From positions 6,102-70,101 of the forward strand of contig JBBDRR010000168.1 in NCBI GenBank assembly GCA_040905395.1: a stretch of DNA of 64,000 nt. Reading direction: 5' to 3'. The position numbers were made by a program, and so were the translations under genes. Each line of letters starts with the position of its first letter. Within the stretch, counting starts at the first letter, position 1. This document shows, piece by piece, positions 17,093 to 26,709 of the stretch. The notes under the pieces are model-generated. The model saw nothing but the letters and a program-made list of their open reading frames with translations, had not been told where the DNA came from and did no database searches. The DNA is from Gemmatimonadota bacterium. Its GTDB lineage: Bacteria; Gemmatimonadota; Gemmatimonadetes; Longimicrobiales; Longimicrobiaceae.

Positions 17093-19645
17093 ATGTCACC
17101 GACGCTCATCCGCCGCTGGGTCGCCGTGACGGCGGTTCTCTACGCGCCGCTCGTTGCGGCGTCGGCAACACACGTTACGGCTCAGGCCACCTCGGCGGAG
17201 ATTCTCTCTCCCGAGTCGTACCTCGGCTACGGACTGGGTGAGGCGTTCACCGATTATTACGGTATCCGCGACTATGCACGCGCACTCGCGGAGGTCTCTC
17301 CACGAGTTCGCTACTTCGACTATGGCGAGACGGTCGAGGGTCGCGAGCTGATCCAGCTGCTGATCGCCAGTCCGGATCACCAGGCCCGCCTCGACGAGAT
17401 CCTCGCTATGAACGCCGAGCTCACGCGTGCCGGTACCTCCGCGGAGCGTGCGCGGGAGATCGCCGCGACGAATCCGGCAGTCGTCTACTTCAGCTACGGC
17501 ATCCACGGCAACGAGAGCTCGTCGAGCGAGGCGGCGCTCTGGACGGCGTACGATCTGGCTTCGGGTGGGGCCGCCGTGGAAGGTGTCCTCGATTCCCTCG
17601 TCGTGGTGATGGATCCCGTGACGAATCCGGACGGGCGCGAGAGATATGTGCAGTGGTACCGGTCTGTCGTGGGCGCCGAGCCCAATCCGGACCCGAGGAC
17701 TCGCGAGCATCGGGAGCCCTGGCCGGGCGGCCGCTACAACCACTACCTCTTCGATCTGAACCGCGATTGGGCGTGGATGACGCAGCCGGAGACGCGTGCG
17801 AGAGTCGCGACCTGGTGGCGGTGGAATCCGCAGGTGCACGTCGATTTCCACGAGATGGGGCCGAACTCCACCTACTTCTTCTTCCCCGCCGCGCCGCCGA
17901 TCAATCCGATCTACCCCGACCACGTTCTCGAGTGGGGCCGCCGCTTCGGGGAGGCGAACGCTCGCGCCTTCGACGTGCACGGGTGGTCCTACTTCACGGG
18001 GGAGAGCTTCGACATGCTCTACCCCGGGTACGGCGACTCCTGGCCGAGCCTGCTCGGAGCCATCGGGATGACGTACGAGCAGGCGGGAAGCGGCACCGCG
18101 GGGCTTGCGATCGTCAGGAGTGACGGGGACACGCTCACCCTTCACGATCGGGCGAGCCACCATCGTACCTCGGGGATCGCCACGCTGCGCGAGGCGGCAG
18201 CCGGGAAGACCCGCCTGCTGCTCGACTTCGCCGAGGCTCACCGGACCGCCGGCGACGACGCAGCCGACGTTCTGCTCGTTCCCGGTTCAGACCCCTCCCG
18301 CCTCGACGCGCTCGTCGAGCACCTGCTGGCGCAGGGCATCGAGGTGGAACGCTCGGCGGAGCCCTTCCGGACCGCCGCGAATGCGTACAGAGGTTGGGTG
18401 GCGCGCCGCGACTTCCCGCCCGGGACCGTGCGCGTTCGTGCCGATCAGCCGCGCGGCCGGCTCGCGCTGACGCTCCTCCAGGCGGAGACCGAGCTGATCG
18501 CAGAATACTCCTACGACATCAGCGCGTGGTCGTTGCCCTACGCGTACGGCGTCGAGGCACACCGTTCCGAGAATCCTCCCGCTGCCGGATGGAACCCGGC
18601 GAGCAGTCCCCCGATCGGCGCCGAGGTGGTGGCGCCGACGAACTACGGCTATCTCGTGCCCCCGCTCGACGACTCGTCACCCGCCATCGTCCGCTACCTC
18701 GAAGCGGGTGGTCTCGCGCGAGTCCTCGGCGAAGCTTCCACCTTCCAGGGCCGGGACTGGCCGGCCGGCAGCTGGTTCCTCCCCGTGGCGGGTAACGAGA
18801 ACCTGTCGGAGCGGGTACTTTCCGCGGGGCTCGCCCCATTCGCGGTGCCCGTGTCCAGCGGCCTCAGCGAACGCGGGATGGACCTCGGCAGCGGACGCAT
18901 GCTGTCCGTGCAGCTTCCGAACGTGGCCCTCGTCGGAGGCCCTGGCGTTTCGGCAACGTCTTACGGGGCCCACTGGTACCACCTCGAGCAGCAGCTCGGG
19001 TTCCCCTTCGACGCCCTGCTGCTCGACGATCTGCCGAGCATCGAGCTCTCCAGTTACGACGTGATCGTCCTCCCCGACATCTCCGGCACGCTACCGGAAG
19101 CGACGCAGGCCGTGCTCTCCGATTGGGTTCGTGCCGGCGGACGCCTCGTTGCCGTATCGGGCGGCGCCGAGGCCGCCGCCCCGATCGCCGAGATCGAGAT
19201 GCGCGAGGCGCCCGAGCCCGAGGAGGAGGAGCAGGATGCACTCGATCGGCTCCTCACCACCCGCGAAGACAGGGAACTGGAGAGCTGGTTGGAGGAAGTA
19301 CCCGGCGCCATCCTCGAAGTCCGTCTCGATCCCGGTCACCCGTTCGCCTGGGGCGCCATCTTCGACCGCGTCCCCGACCGGCTCTTCGTCCTGCACGTGG
19401 GCGGAAGGGCCTTCGAGCCATCCGACGACGCCGAGACCGTGGCCTTCTTCGGCTCGCAGCTCGGGCCCACGTCCGGGGTGATCTCCGAAGCGAACCTCTC
19501 CCGCCTCGAACGAGGTGCCTGGCTTCTCGCCAGACCGCTGGGCAGCGGCGAGGTCATCCTCTTCGCCGACGACCCGCTCTTCCGACTCTTCTGGAAGTCC
19601 ACGGTCCCCCTCTACAGGAACGCCCTTCTGATCGGCTCTCGCTGA
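17093..19645 (+). CDS. Secreted M14-family zinc carboxypeptidase with a long C-terminal extension
   Basis: Signal-peptide-like N-terminus (MSPTLIRRWVAVTAVLYAPLVAASA). GIHGNESSS (HxxE zinc motif) and DFHEMG motifs. Confidence 0.8.
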   Translation: MSPTLIRRWVAVTAVLYAPLVAASATHVTAQATSAEILSPESYLGYGLGEAFTDYYGIRDYARALAEVSPRVRYFDYGETVEGRELIQLLIASPDHQARLDEILAMNAELTRAGTSAERAREIAATNPAVVYFSYGIHGNESSSSEAALWTAYDLASGGAAVEGVLDSLVVVMDPVTNPDGRERYVQWYRSVVGAEPNPDPRTREHREPWPGGRYNHYLFDLNRDWAWMTQPETRARVATWWRWNPQVHVDFHEMGPNSTYFFFPAAPPINPIYPDHVLEWGRRFGEANARAFDVHGWSYFTGESFDMLYPGYGDSWPSLLGAIGMTYEQAGSGTAGLAIVRSDGDTLTLHDRASHHRTSGIATLREAAAGKTRLLLDFAEAHRTAGDDAADVLLVPGSDPSRLDALVEHLLAQGIEVERSAEPFRTAANAYRGWVARRDFPPGTVRVRADQPRGRLALTLLQAETELIAEYSYDISAWSLPYAYGVEAHRSENPPAAGWNPASSPPIGAEVVAPTNYGYLVPPLDDSSPAIVRYLEAGGLARVLGEASTFQGRDWPAGSWFLPVAGNENLSERVLSAGLAPFAVPVSSGLSERGMDLGSGRMLSVQLPNVALVGGPGVSATSYGAHWYHLEQQLGFPFDALLLDDLPSIELSSYDVIVLPDISGTLPEATQAVLSDWVRAGGRLVAVSGGAEAAAPIAEIEMREAPEPEEEEQDALDRLLTTREDRELESWLEEVPGAILEVRLDPGHPFAWGAIFDRVPDRLFVLHVGGRAFEPSDDAETVAFFGSQLGPTSGVISEANLSRLERGAWLLARPLGSGEVILFADDPLFRLFWKSTVPLYRNALLIGSR

Positions 19646-19893
19646 TCGTTGCTTCCCCCCGTACACGAGAATCGCGGCGCCAGCCAGGCGCTGCTCTCCC
19701 GCTCCACGATCACCGAGAAATCGACGGTTTCCAGCCCCGATGGCAGGAATCCGGTCGGCATAGTTCTTTCCCCTCACTACGGTGAATCGGGAGCCGGAAG
19801 CTCGCACTTCAGCGGGTCCGACGGGCTTCGCGATAGCCATGTAGCGGTGTCGACGAGTGATTTCCCGGCGCCGCGGCGACGAGAGGGAGAGAG

Positions 19894-22524
19894 ATGCCGA
19901 ACTTCGAGCGATTGACTGTCAAATCGGCAGAGGCGATCCAGCAGGCCGCGAGCAACGCGCGGCAGGCCGGGAACCCGGCCGTTGAGGATCTGCACCTCCT
20001 GGATGCGCTCCTCTCGCAGGAAGAGGGGATCGTGGTGCCGATGCTCCAGAAGGTGGGCGCCTCCGTCTCCCGCCTCCGGGACGAGCTGCGCGGCGCGCTC
20101 GACCGCTTTCCGAAGCAATACGGGGGCACGCAGCCGACGATGTCGCGGGAGCTCACCGATATCCTGGACTCGGCGGAAAAGGAAGCGCGGGAGCTGAAGG
20201 ACGAATACGTGTCGACCGAGCACTTCCTGCTGGCGCTGGCCGGCAAGAAGGGCTCGACTGCGCAGGAGCTGCTCACAGCCCAGGGTGCCTCCCGGGAGTC
20301 ACTGGCGCAGGCGCTCCAGCAGGTCCGCGGTCCGCATCGCGTCACCGATCAGACACCCGAGGACAAGTACCAGTCGCTGCAGAAGTTCTCGATCGATCTG
20401 ACCGAGCGCGCGCGGGCGGGGAAGCTCGACCCGGTGATCGGGCGCGACGAGGAGATCCGCCGGGTGGTTCAGGTTCTCTCACGTCGGACGAAGAACAACC
20501 CGGTGCTCATCGGCGAGCCCGGAGTCGGCAAGACGGCGATCGTGGAGGGACTGGCGCAGCGAATCGTCAGCGGCGACATCCCCGAGGGTTTGCGTGACAA
20601 GTCGCTGCTGTCGCTCGACATCAGCGCGATGCTCGCGGGTGCGAAGTATCGCGGCGAGTTCGAAGAGCGGCTGAAGGCGGTGCTCAAGGAGATCACGGAG
20701 TCCGAGGGCCGTTTCATCGTCTTCATCGACGAGCTGCACACGATCGTAGGGGCGGGGAAGACCGAGGGGTCTCCGGATGCCGGCAACATGCTCAAGCCCG
20801 CCCTGGCCCGCGGTGAGCTGAGGGTGGTCGGCGCGACCACGCTCGACGAGTATCGAAAGTACATCGAAAAGGACGCGGCGCTCGAGCGGCGCTTTCAGCC
20901 GGTCTTCGTCGGCGAGCCGAGCGTGGAGGACACGATCGCGATCCTGCGGGGGCTGAAGGAGCGGTACGAGGTGCATCACGGAGTCCGGATCACCGATCCG
21001 GCGATCGTCGCGGCCGCGACCCTTTCCGACCGGTACATCGGTGACCGCTTCCTGCCGGACAAGGCGATCGACCTGATCGACGAATCGGCTTCCCGGCTGC
21101 GCATCGAGATCGATTCTCTACCCCAGGAGATCGACGAGCTCGAGCGGCGCGTCATGCAGCTCGAGATCGAGAGGCAGGCGCTGCAGAAGGAGACCGATCC
21201 GAAGTCGAAGGAAAGGCTCGAGCGGGTCGAGTCCGAGATCGCGGAGCTACGGGAGCGTAGCTCGGGGATGAAGGCTCAGTGGCAGTCGGAGAAGCAGGCC
21301 ATCTCTGGCCTGCGCGAGATGAAGGAGCGGCTCGACACGCTCAAGGTGGAGATGGAGCGAGCGACGAGGACCGCCGACCTGACCCGCGCGGCGGAGATCC
21401 AGTACGGCGAGATCCCGAACCTCCAGAAGGAGATCGCGGCGGCCGAGGGACGACTGGCCGAGCTCCAGAGCGAATCGAAGTTCCTCAAGGAGGAGGTCGA
21501 TGCGGACGACATCGCGGATGTCGTCGCGCGCTGGACGGGGATCCCCGTCACGCGGATGCTTCAGTCGGAGCGCCAGAGGCTCGCGCATCTGGACGAGCAC
21601 CTGAACGAACGGGTCGTGGGCCAGCCCGAGGCGACGAAGGCAGTCGCGGACGCCGTACGCCGATCTCGCGCCGGCCTCCAGGATCCCGATCGCCCCATCG
21701 GCTCTTTCATCTTCCTCGGCCCCACCGGCGTCGGAAAGACGGAGACGGCACGGGCGCTGGCGCAGTTCCTCTTCGACGACGAGGACGCCATGGTCCGGAT
21801 CGACATGTCGGAGTACATGGAGCGCCACGCCGTCGCACGGCTGATCGGGGCGCCCCCGGGCTACGTCGGCTACGAAGAGGGTGGACAGCTCACGGAAGCG
21901 GTTCGGCGCAGGCCCTATTCGGTCGTGCTCTTCGACGAGATCGAGAAGGCGCACATGGATGTATTCAACATCCTGCTGCAGATCCTCGACGACGGGCGCC
22001 TCACGGACTCGCAGGGCAGGGTGGTGAGCTTCCGGAACGTGGTGATCATCATGACGTCCAACCTCGGTAGTCCGATGATCCTCGAACAGTCCGGCCGCAT
22101 GCGCGACCCGGACGTCCGCGCCGAGGTGGAGGCAGCGGTGATGAACGAGCTCCGGCGTACCTTCCGACCGGAGTTCCTGAACCGGGTCGACGACATCATC
22201 GTATTCCGTCCGCTCGGAACGGAGGACCTCGCGATCATCGTGGAGCTGCAGCTGGCGCGCCTCGAGAAGATGCTGGAGGAGAGGAAGCTCACTCTCGAGG
22301 TTTCCGAGGAAGCGAAGCTGCGGATCGCGGAGGAGGGCTACGACCCGGCGTACGGAGCGCGCCCGCTCAAGCGTGCGATACAGCGGCTGGTGCAGAACCC
22401 GCTCGCCGTACAGGTGCTCGAGGGATCCTTCGAGGAGGGCGACACGATCGTCGTCGACGCCGAACCGGGCGCGGCGGGCCTCACGTTCCGTAAAGCGGAA
22501 CCCGCACCGGCCGGGGCGAAGTGA
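19894..22524 (+). CDS. clpB: ATP-dependent chaperone ClpB
   Basis: 876 aa with a Clp N domain, two AAA+ modules ([16 protein letters not shown]) and a long middle coiled coil. Confidence 0.98.
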   Translation: MPNFERLTVKSAEAIQQAASNARQAGNPAVEDLHLLDALLSQEEGIVVPMLQKVGASVSRLRDELRGALDRFPKQYGGTQPTMSRELTDILDSAEKEARELKDEYVSTEHFLLALAGKKGSTAQELLTAQGASRESLAQALQQVRGPHRVTDQTPEDKYQSLQKFSIDLTERARAGKLDPVIGRDEEIRRVVQVLSRRTKNNPVLIGEPGVGKTAIVEGLAQRIVSGDIPEGLRDKSLLSLDISAMLAGAKYRGEFEERLKAVLKEITESEGRFIVFIDELHTIVGAGKTEGSPDAGNMLKPALARGELRVVGATTLDEYRKYIEKDAALERRFQPVFVGEPSVEDTIAILRGLKERYEVHHGVRITDPAIVAAATLSDRYIGDRFLPDKAIDLIDESASRLRIEIDSLPQEIDELERRVMQLEIERQALQKETDPKSKERLERVESEIAELRERSSGMKAQWQSEKQAISGLREMKERLDTLKVEMERATRTADLTRAAEIQYGEIPNLQKEIAAAEGRLAELQSESKFLKEEVDADDIADVVARWTGIPVTRMLQSERQRLAHLDEHLNERVVGQPEATKAVADAVRRSRAGLQDPDRPIGSFIFLGPTGVGKTETARALAQFLFDDEDAMVRIDMSEYMERHAVARLIGAPPGYVGYEEGGQLTEAVRRRPYSVVLFDEIEKAHMDVFNILLQILDDGRLTDSQGRVVSFRNVVIIMTSNLGSPMILEQSGRMRDPDVRAEVEAAVMNELRRTFRPEFLNRVDDIIVFRPLGTEDLAIIVELQLARLEKMLEERKLTLEVSEEAKLRIAEEGYDPAYGARPLKRAIQRLVQNPLAVQVLEGSFEEGDTIVVDAEPGAAGLTFRKAEPAPAGAK

Positions 22525-22535
22525 CAGGCGGCCGG

Positions 22536-22565
22536 TTGACATCCCCCCCGAGCCGCGTCTAGCAT
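22536..22565 (+). promoter_or_regulatory. Candidate sigma-70 promoter (TTGACA-18 nt-TAGCAT)
   Basis: Hexamers read at 22536-22541 and 22560-22565, about 65 nt upstream of the lipoprotein GTG. Confidence 0.4.
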
Positions 22566-22630
22566 CAGTCGGCCGGGCGCGGGGCGAACGACTCCCGCCG
22601 GCCGCCTGTCGTCCTCGGGATGGAGGTCTC

Positions 22631-23071
22631 GTGCGTTCAACGCGTCCGATGGTGAAGGCCGCTCTGCTGCTCGTCCTCACCGCATGCGGGGCCGGGCTCC
22701 AGCCGCCGTCCGGCATCCCGGGGGCTCCGGCTGCACCCGTTGCAGTGGAGCGCTTCCTGCAGCTCGCCGCGGACCGCGACTATGCCGGAATGGGCTGGTA
22801 CTTCGGTACCTCCGAGGGTCCGGTCATGCAGCGGGATCCGGTCTCGCAGGTCGAGCGACGGATGTACGGGCTCGCCAGCCTGCTCGAGAACGACAGCTTC
22901 ATCGTCGGCAACGGGCTGCCGGTGCCGGGGCGGACGGGCGAGGCGATTCGCTTCAACGTGATCCTGACCCGCCGCGGACGCACCCTCGCGGTCCCGTTCA
23001 CCACGGTTCGGGGCCCCGACGAGCGCTGGTACGTCGAACAGCTGGACGTGGAGGCGATTACCGCCCCCTGA
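22631..23071 (+). CDS. Hypothetical lipoprotein
   Basis: The GTG start is preceded by GGAGG. It has a signal peptide with a lipobox (LLLVLTAC). No recognised domain. Confidence 0.6.
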   Translation: MRSTRPMVKAALLLVLTACGAGLQPPSGIPGAPAAPVAVERFLQLAADRDYAGMGWYFGTSEGPVMQRDPVSQVERRMYGLASLLENDSFIVGNGLPVPGRTGEAIRFNVILTRRGRTLAVPFTTVRGPDERWYVEQLDVEAITAP

Positions 23072-23154
23072 GGCCGTTGCGTGGGCGCACCGTCGGAAAC
23101 CCGTGGGGTATCAGAAGGTCGGGCGTCGGCCGGGAATGCGGATGGGATCCCGGG

Positions 23155-23559
23155 CTAGCGGCTCTGGAGGAGCTCGAGGAGGACGCCGCCGGTGCTGCGC
23201 GGGTGAAGGAAAGCGATGAGGTGGCCGTGGGCGCCTTGCCTGGGTTCCGCATCGATGAGCTCGAACCCGGCCGCACGGTGGGCCTCGAGGGCCGATCGCA
23301 AATCGGGGACACGGTAGCAAATGTGGTGAAGTCCCGGTCCGCGTCGCTCGAGGAACCGGCCGATGGCGGAGTCGGGCCGGGACGGGGCGAGAAGCTCCAC
23401 CCGCGCGGAGCCGGTCCCGACGAAGACGACTTCGACGCCCTGGTCCACGACGGACTCGCGCCCGTGCGCGGCCGCTCCGGTCAGGGCAGTCCAGATCGGG
23501 ATCGCCTCGTCGAGATCGGGAACCGCGATTCCCACGTGGTCCAGCGTCCGCTCGGTCAT
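23155..23559 (-). CDS. mce: Methylmalonyl-CoA epimerase (VOC/glyoxalase fold)
   Basis: 134 aa from the internal ATG. LDHVGIAVPDLDEA, VELLAP and GPGLHHICYRV motifs. The upstream part of the 274-aa ORF was judged non-coding. Confidence 0.85.
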   Translation of the reverse strand: MTERTLDHVGIAVPDLDEAIPIWTALTGAAAHGRESVVDQGVEVVFVGTGSARVELLAPSRPDSAIGRFLERRGPGLHHICYRVPDLRSALEAHRAAGFELIDAEPRQGAHGHLIAFLHPRSTGGVLLELLQSR

Positions 23560-23652
23560 TCGGGTGGGCTGAGAAGATGCAAGGCTCGGCGGTCGGCAGT
23601 ATAGTCGCCTGACTGCAGTGCGGCCACCGACCTCAACAACAGGAGAATAGAT

Positions 23653-23985
23653 ATGTCGGACAATGGTGTCACGGTAACCGTAACGGACGATAACTTCGCA
23701 AGCGAGATCGAGGGTGTGGATGGGCTTGCGATGGTGGATTTCTGGGCGGCCTGGTGCGGACCCTGCCGCATGGTGGCCCCGATCGTGGAGCAGCTCGCCG
23801 GCGAATACGAGGGTAAGTTGACGGTCGGCAAGCTCGACGTCGACAGCAATCAGCGTACGGCTACGCGGTTCAACGTCCGCTCCATCCCGAGCATCCTCTT
23901 CTTCAAGGAAGGGAAGCTCGTCGATACTGTGGTCGGCGCGGTTCCCAAGCCGGCTCTGGAGCGCAAGATTCAGCAGCATCTGTAA
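23653..23985 (+). CDS. trxA: Thioredoxin
   Basis: 110 aa with the WAAWCGPCR active site. AGGAG lies before the ATG. Confidence 0.95.
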   Translation: MSDNGVTVTVTDDNFASEIEGVDGLAMVDFWAAWCGPCRMVAPIVEQLAGEYEGKLTVGKLDVDSNQRTATRFNVRSIPSILFFKEGKLVDTVVGAVPKPALERKIQQHL

Positions 23986-24000
23986 AGGAAGAGGCGTCAG

Positions 24001-24180
24001 CCGTTATCCGTTGTTCGTTGGTCGGTGCCCAGTAGCAAGCTGAAGGGTCGCCGTCGAATGGAGCAGCAACCGGGCCCCGGGCGATCGCGTTCCGGGGCTC
24101 GGGTGTTCAGGCTCATCGGCCCTGGCGCATGCCTGCGAATCGACGATTGACGGATAACGAATTACGGTCAACGTATAACG
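24001..24180. repeat. Intergenic inverted-repeat element whose arms are tandem 7-mers (family copy 2)
   Basis: Left arm is CCGTTAT CCGTTGT TCGTTGG. Right arm is ATTGACG GATAACG AATTACG GTCAACG TATAACG. 24002-24011 is complementary to 24150-24159. The GC-rich core contains a GCCCCGG/CCGGGGC hairpin. Confidence 0.75.
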
Positions 24181-24188
24181 CTTCCCCC

Positions 24189-25040
24189 ATGCCTCCCGCT
24201 CTGTACCTCGTCAGCACCCCGATCGGAAACCTCAGCGATATGACTCGCCGAGGGATCGACGTGATCCGCGGGTCGGACGTGGTGTTCGCCGAGGATACCC
24301 GGCGCACGGGAGTGCTCCTGCGGCACTACGGAATCGAGGCGAGGTTGATCTCGGCCCACGAGCACAACGAAGCGGCGCGCGCGAAGCTGGTCGTCGAGCT
24401 GCTCGGTGAGGGGAAGCAGGTTTCCATGGTATCCGACGCGGGGACCCCGCTGCTTTCCGATCCCGGCGCGAGGGTCGTCCGGGGGGCGCTCGAGGCGGGG
24501 TACGAAGTGGTCCCGGTCCCGGGGCCATCGGCGCTACTCGCCGCTCTCGTGGCGTCCGGCCTCGCGGCCGATCGGTTCACCTTCTACGGGTTCCTTCCCC
24601 GCAAGGGAGGCGCGCGCGGCGACCTCCTGGAGGAGATCGCTACGTCACGGCACACCGCCGTGATCTACGAGTCGCCGCAGAGACTGGAGGCCCTTCTGGC
24701 GGATCTCGGCAGGGTCGCCGGGCCGGAGCGGAGGGTGGCGATCGCGCGGGAGCTGACGAAGATGCACGAGGAGATCGTTCGCCTGACGCTCGGCGAAGCC
24801 GTCGAGGCGTATCGGGATCGGTCCGTACGGGGTGAGATCGTGCTGGTCGTCGAGGGTGCGGCGCCGCCGCCGAAGCGGGGACCTGACGACGAGGCGGCCC
24901 GGACGATGGCGGGTGCCCTCCTCGCCCACGGCGTCCCCCCGAGCGCCGTCGCGAAGCAGCTCCGCGACAGCCTCCAGATGAGCCGCAATGCCGCATACGA
25001 GCTGGTTCAGGGAATCGCCGGAGAGGCGGACCGCGACTGA
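24189..25040 (+). CDS. rsmI: 16S rRNA (cytidine1402-2'-O)-methyltransferase
   Basis: 283 aa from the internal ATG. LYLVSTPIGNLSDMT and AEDTRRTGVLL are typical of RsmI (tetrapyrrole methylase fold). Confidence 0.9.
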   Translation: MPPALYLVSTPIGNLSDMTRRGIDVIRGSDVVFAEDTRRTGVLLRHYGIEARLISAHEHNEAARAKLVVELLGEGKQVSMVSDAGTPLLSDPGARVVRGALEAGYEVVPVPGPSALLAALVASGLAADRFTFYGFLPRKGGARGDLLEEIATSRHTAVIYESPQRLEALLADLGRVAGPERRVAIARELTKMHEEIVRLTLGEAVEAYRDRSVRGEIVLVVEGAAPPPKRGPDDEAARTMAGALLAHGVPPSAVAKQLRDSLQMSRNAAYELVQGIAGEADRD

Positions 25041-25068
25041 CAGCCCCAGGTACTTCTACCACGGGCTG
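25041..25068 (+). repeat. 28-nt hairpin motif CAGCCCcAGGTACTTCTACCACGGGCTG, starting immediately after the rsmI stop
   Basis: 26 of 28 nt are identical to 31592-31619. It has a 6-bp stem (CAGCCC/GGGCTG) and a 16-nt conserved loop. Confidence 0.7.
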
Positions 25069-25108
25069 CTGAGGGCTCGCAGACGCGTGGACGTGGGCGT
25101 GGGCGCCC

Positions 25109-26251
25109 CTACGAGGATCGAGAGTCGCTCGCGTTCGTCAGCAGTTGAGCGCGGCCGAGCCAGCGGGTCAGGTCGCCGGTCGTGAGGATCCCGACGAGCA
25201 AGGTGCCGTCGACGACGAGAACGCGACCCGTCTTCGATTGCTGGAGCTTTTCCATCGCCTCGAGCATGGCGCTGTCGGGCGCGGCCACGGAATCGGCGTC
25301 CAGCGGCGTCATGATGTCGCCGACCAGCTTTTCGGGCCATAGTACCTCAGGCACCTGCTTCACCTGCCGGAAGCTCAGGACGCCGGCGGGCCGTCCGTCG
25401 TCGAGCACGGGATAGCTCTCGTATCGGCCGCGGAAGACGAAGGCATCGACGAAGTCCCGGACGGTGCTCGCGGCATCGACGGTCTGCACATCCCTGGTCA
25501 TGACCTCGCTGACCGGCACCCCGGACAGGCGACTCCGGAGCAGCTGCTGCAGGTAGCTCGACTCGGCCGCGTTCCGGACGAACCAGCCGATGAAGATCAT
25601 CCACATGCCTCCGATGAGCCCGCCGGCGAAGATCTGGAGAAGGCCGAGCCCCATCAAGGCATAGGCGAGCACCCGGCCGCTCATCGAGGCGAGGCGGGTC
25701 GCGCGGTTGAGGTCTCCCGTGACCTTCCAGACGGCGGCGCGGAACAACCTGCCTCCGTCGAGGGGAAAGCCGGGCAACAGATTGAATACGGCGAGCACCA
25801 GGTTCAGCAGGGCGAGATATCCGGTGACGGCGACCACGGCGACGCCCAGGCCGAGGCCGGGGCCTGCCCAGCTGACCAGCGCCAGAGCCCCGGCGATGGC
25901 GAAGCTCGCGAGCGGTCCGGCCGCCGCGATCAGGAACTCGTCGCCCGGCTTCTCGAATTCCGACCTCGTGTGTGCCATTCCTCCGAAGACGAAGAGCGTG
26001 ATCCCGTCTACCGGAATGCCCTTCGCCTCCGCCACCAGCGAGTGCGAGATCTCGTGGAGGAGGACGGAGAGGAAGAAGAGGAGCGTGCCGCTGAGACCCA
26101 TGACGAAGTAGAGCGCGCCGCTGAGTCCCGGCGCACGCATCGGGAAGACGCCCGCGGTGAACGTCCAGAGCACGAGCGTGAAGACGATCAGCCAGGAGTA
26201 ATCGATGCGGATCTCCAGTCCGAACCACCTGCCGAGCCGAAATCCTCCCAA
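25109..26251 (-). CDS. Site-2 protease (M50) family zinc metalloprotease with a CBS pair
   Basis: 380 aa. HEISHSL (HExxH) sits in a TM segment, there are several TM helices, and the C-terminal CBS-like region includes VMTRDVQTV and ILTTGDL. Confidence 0.85.
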   Translation of the reverse strand: MGGFRLGRWFGLEIRIDYSWLIVFTLVLWTFTAGVFPMRAPGLSGALYFVMGLSGTLLFFLSVLLHEISHSLVAEAKGIPVDGITLFVFGGMAHTRSEFEKPGDEFLIAAAGPLASFAIAGALALVSWAGPGLGLGVAVVAVTGYLALLNLVLAVFNLLPGFPLDGGRLFRAAVWKVTGDLNRATRLASMSGRVLAYALMGLGLLQIFAGGLIGGMWMIFIGWFVRNAAESSYLQQLLRSRLSGVPVSEVMTRDVQTVDAASTVRDFVDAFVFRGRYESYPVLDDGRPAGVLSFRQVKQVPEVLWPEKLVGDIMTPLDADSVAAPDSAMLEAMEKLQQSKTGRVLVVDGTLLVGILTTGDLTRWLGRAQLLTNASDSRSS

Positions 26252-26271
26252 AAGGCCTCTCCTGTGTGAGC

Positions 26272-26302
26272 GTCATCCCGAGCGCCAGCGAGGGATCCGC
26301 AC
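26272..26302. repeat. REP-like unit (single copy)
   Basis: GTCATCCCGAGCGCCAGCGAGGGATCCGCAC, nearly identical to 8116-8146. Confidence 0.8.
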
Positions 26303-26469
26303 CTCGCGAACAATCAAAATACAGTACCCATCGCGGACGCCGATGCCGTCCGTTCGCCAGAAACGACCGGTATGGCCCTGGTTTCCGGCATCCGTGCGGC
26401 TACCTTGACATCAACATATCGAACCTGCGTGGCTGCGTGGGAGTTGACGCTTCAATCGAGCCGGATGGC

Positions 26470-26709
26470 ATGACGCGCGACAAGGCAATCTTCCAGGACG
26501 ACCGCGGTCGCGGATGGCTGGTCGAGATTCAGTATGGCCACCCGGCGCCCACGGAGCTCGGGATCTACGCCGCGCGCTTTTTGTGCCCCGAGGATCCCGA
26601 CGAGTCCGTTCGGGTCGGGTTCGTCGAGATCGGCTGGGTCGAGTCGGGAGATGAGAAGGCGCTGCGTATGGCGCTCTCCGAGTCGGATCCGGCGCGCGAG
26701 ATCGGGTAG
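26470..26709 (+). CDS. Hypothetical 79-aa protein coupled to the JAB-DinG gene
   Basis: ATG at 26470. Its TAG stop overlaps the GTG start of the next gene (TAGTG, 26707-26711). No recognisable motif. The coding call rests on frame, GC3 and the coupling. Confidence 0.4.
   Translation: MTRDKAIFQDDRGRGWLVEIQYGHPAPTELGIYAARFLCPEDPDESVRVGFVEIGWVESGDEKALRMALSESDPAREIG

Noticed and set aside
19649-19915. 88-aa ORF and possible heat-shock control elements (CIRCE, HAIR, sigma-32 promoter) in the 248-nt region upstream of clpB.
   Set aside because: The ORF has no Shine-Dalgarno sequence, has mediocre GC3 and runs into the clpB start. I found no TTAGCACTC-N9-GAGTGCTAA, no CTTGAGT-N7-ACTCAAG, and no CTTGAA/CCCCAT pair with acceptable spacing. 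The regulatory logic of clpB stays unknown.
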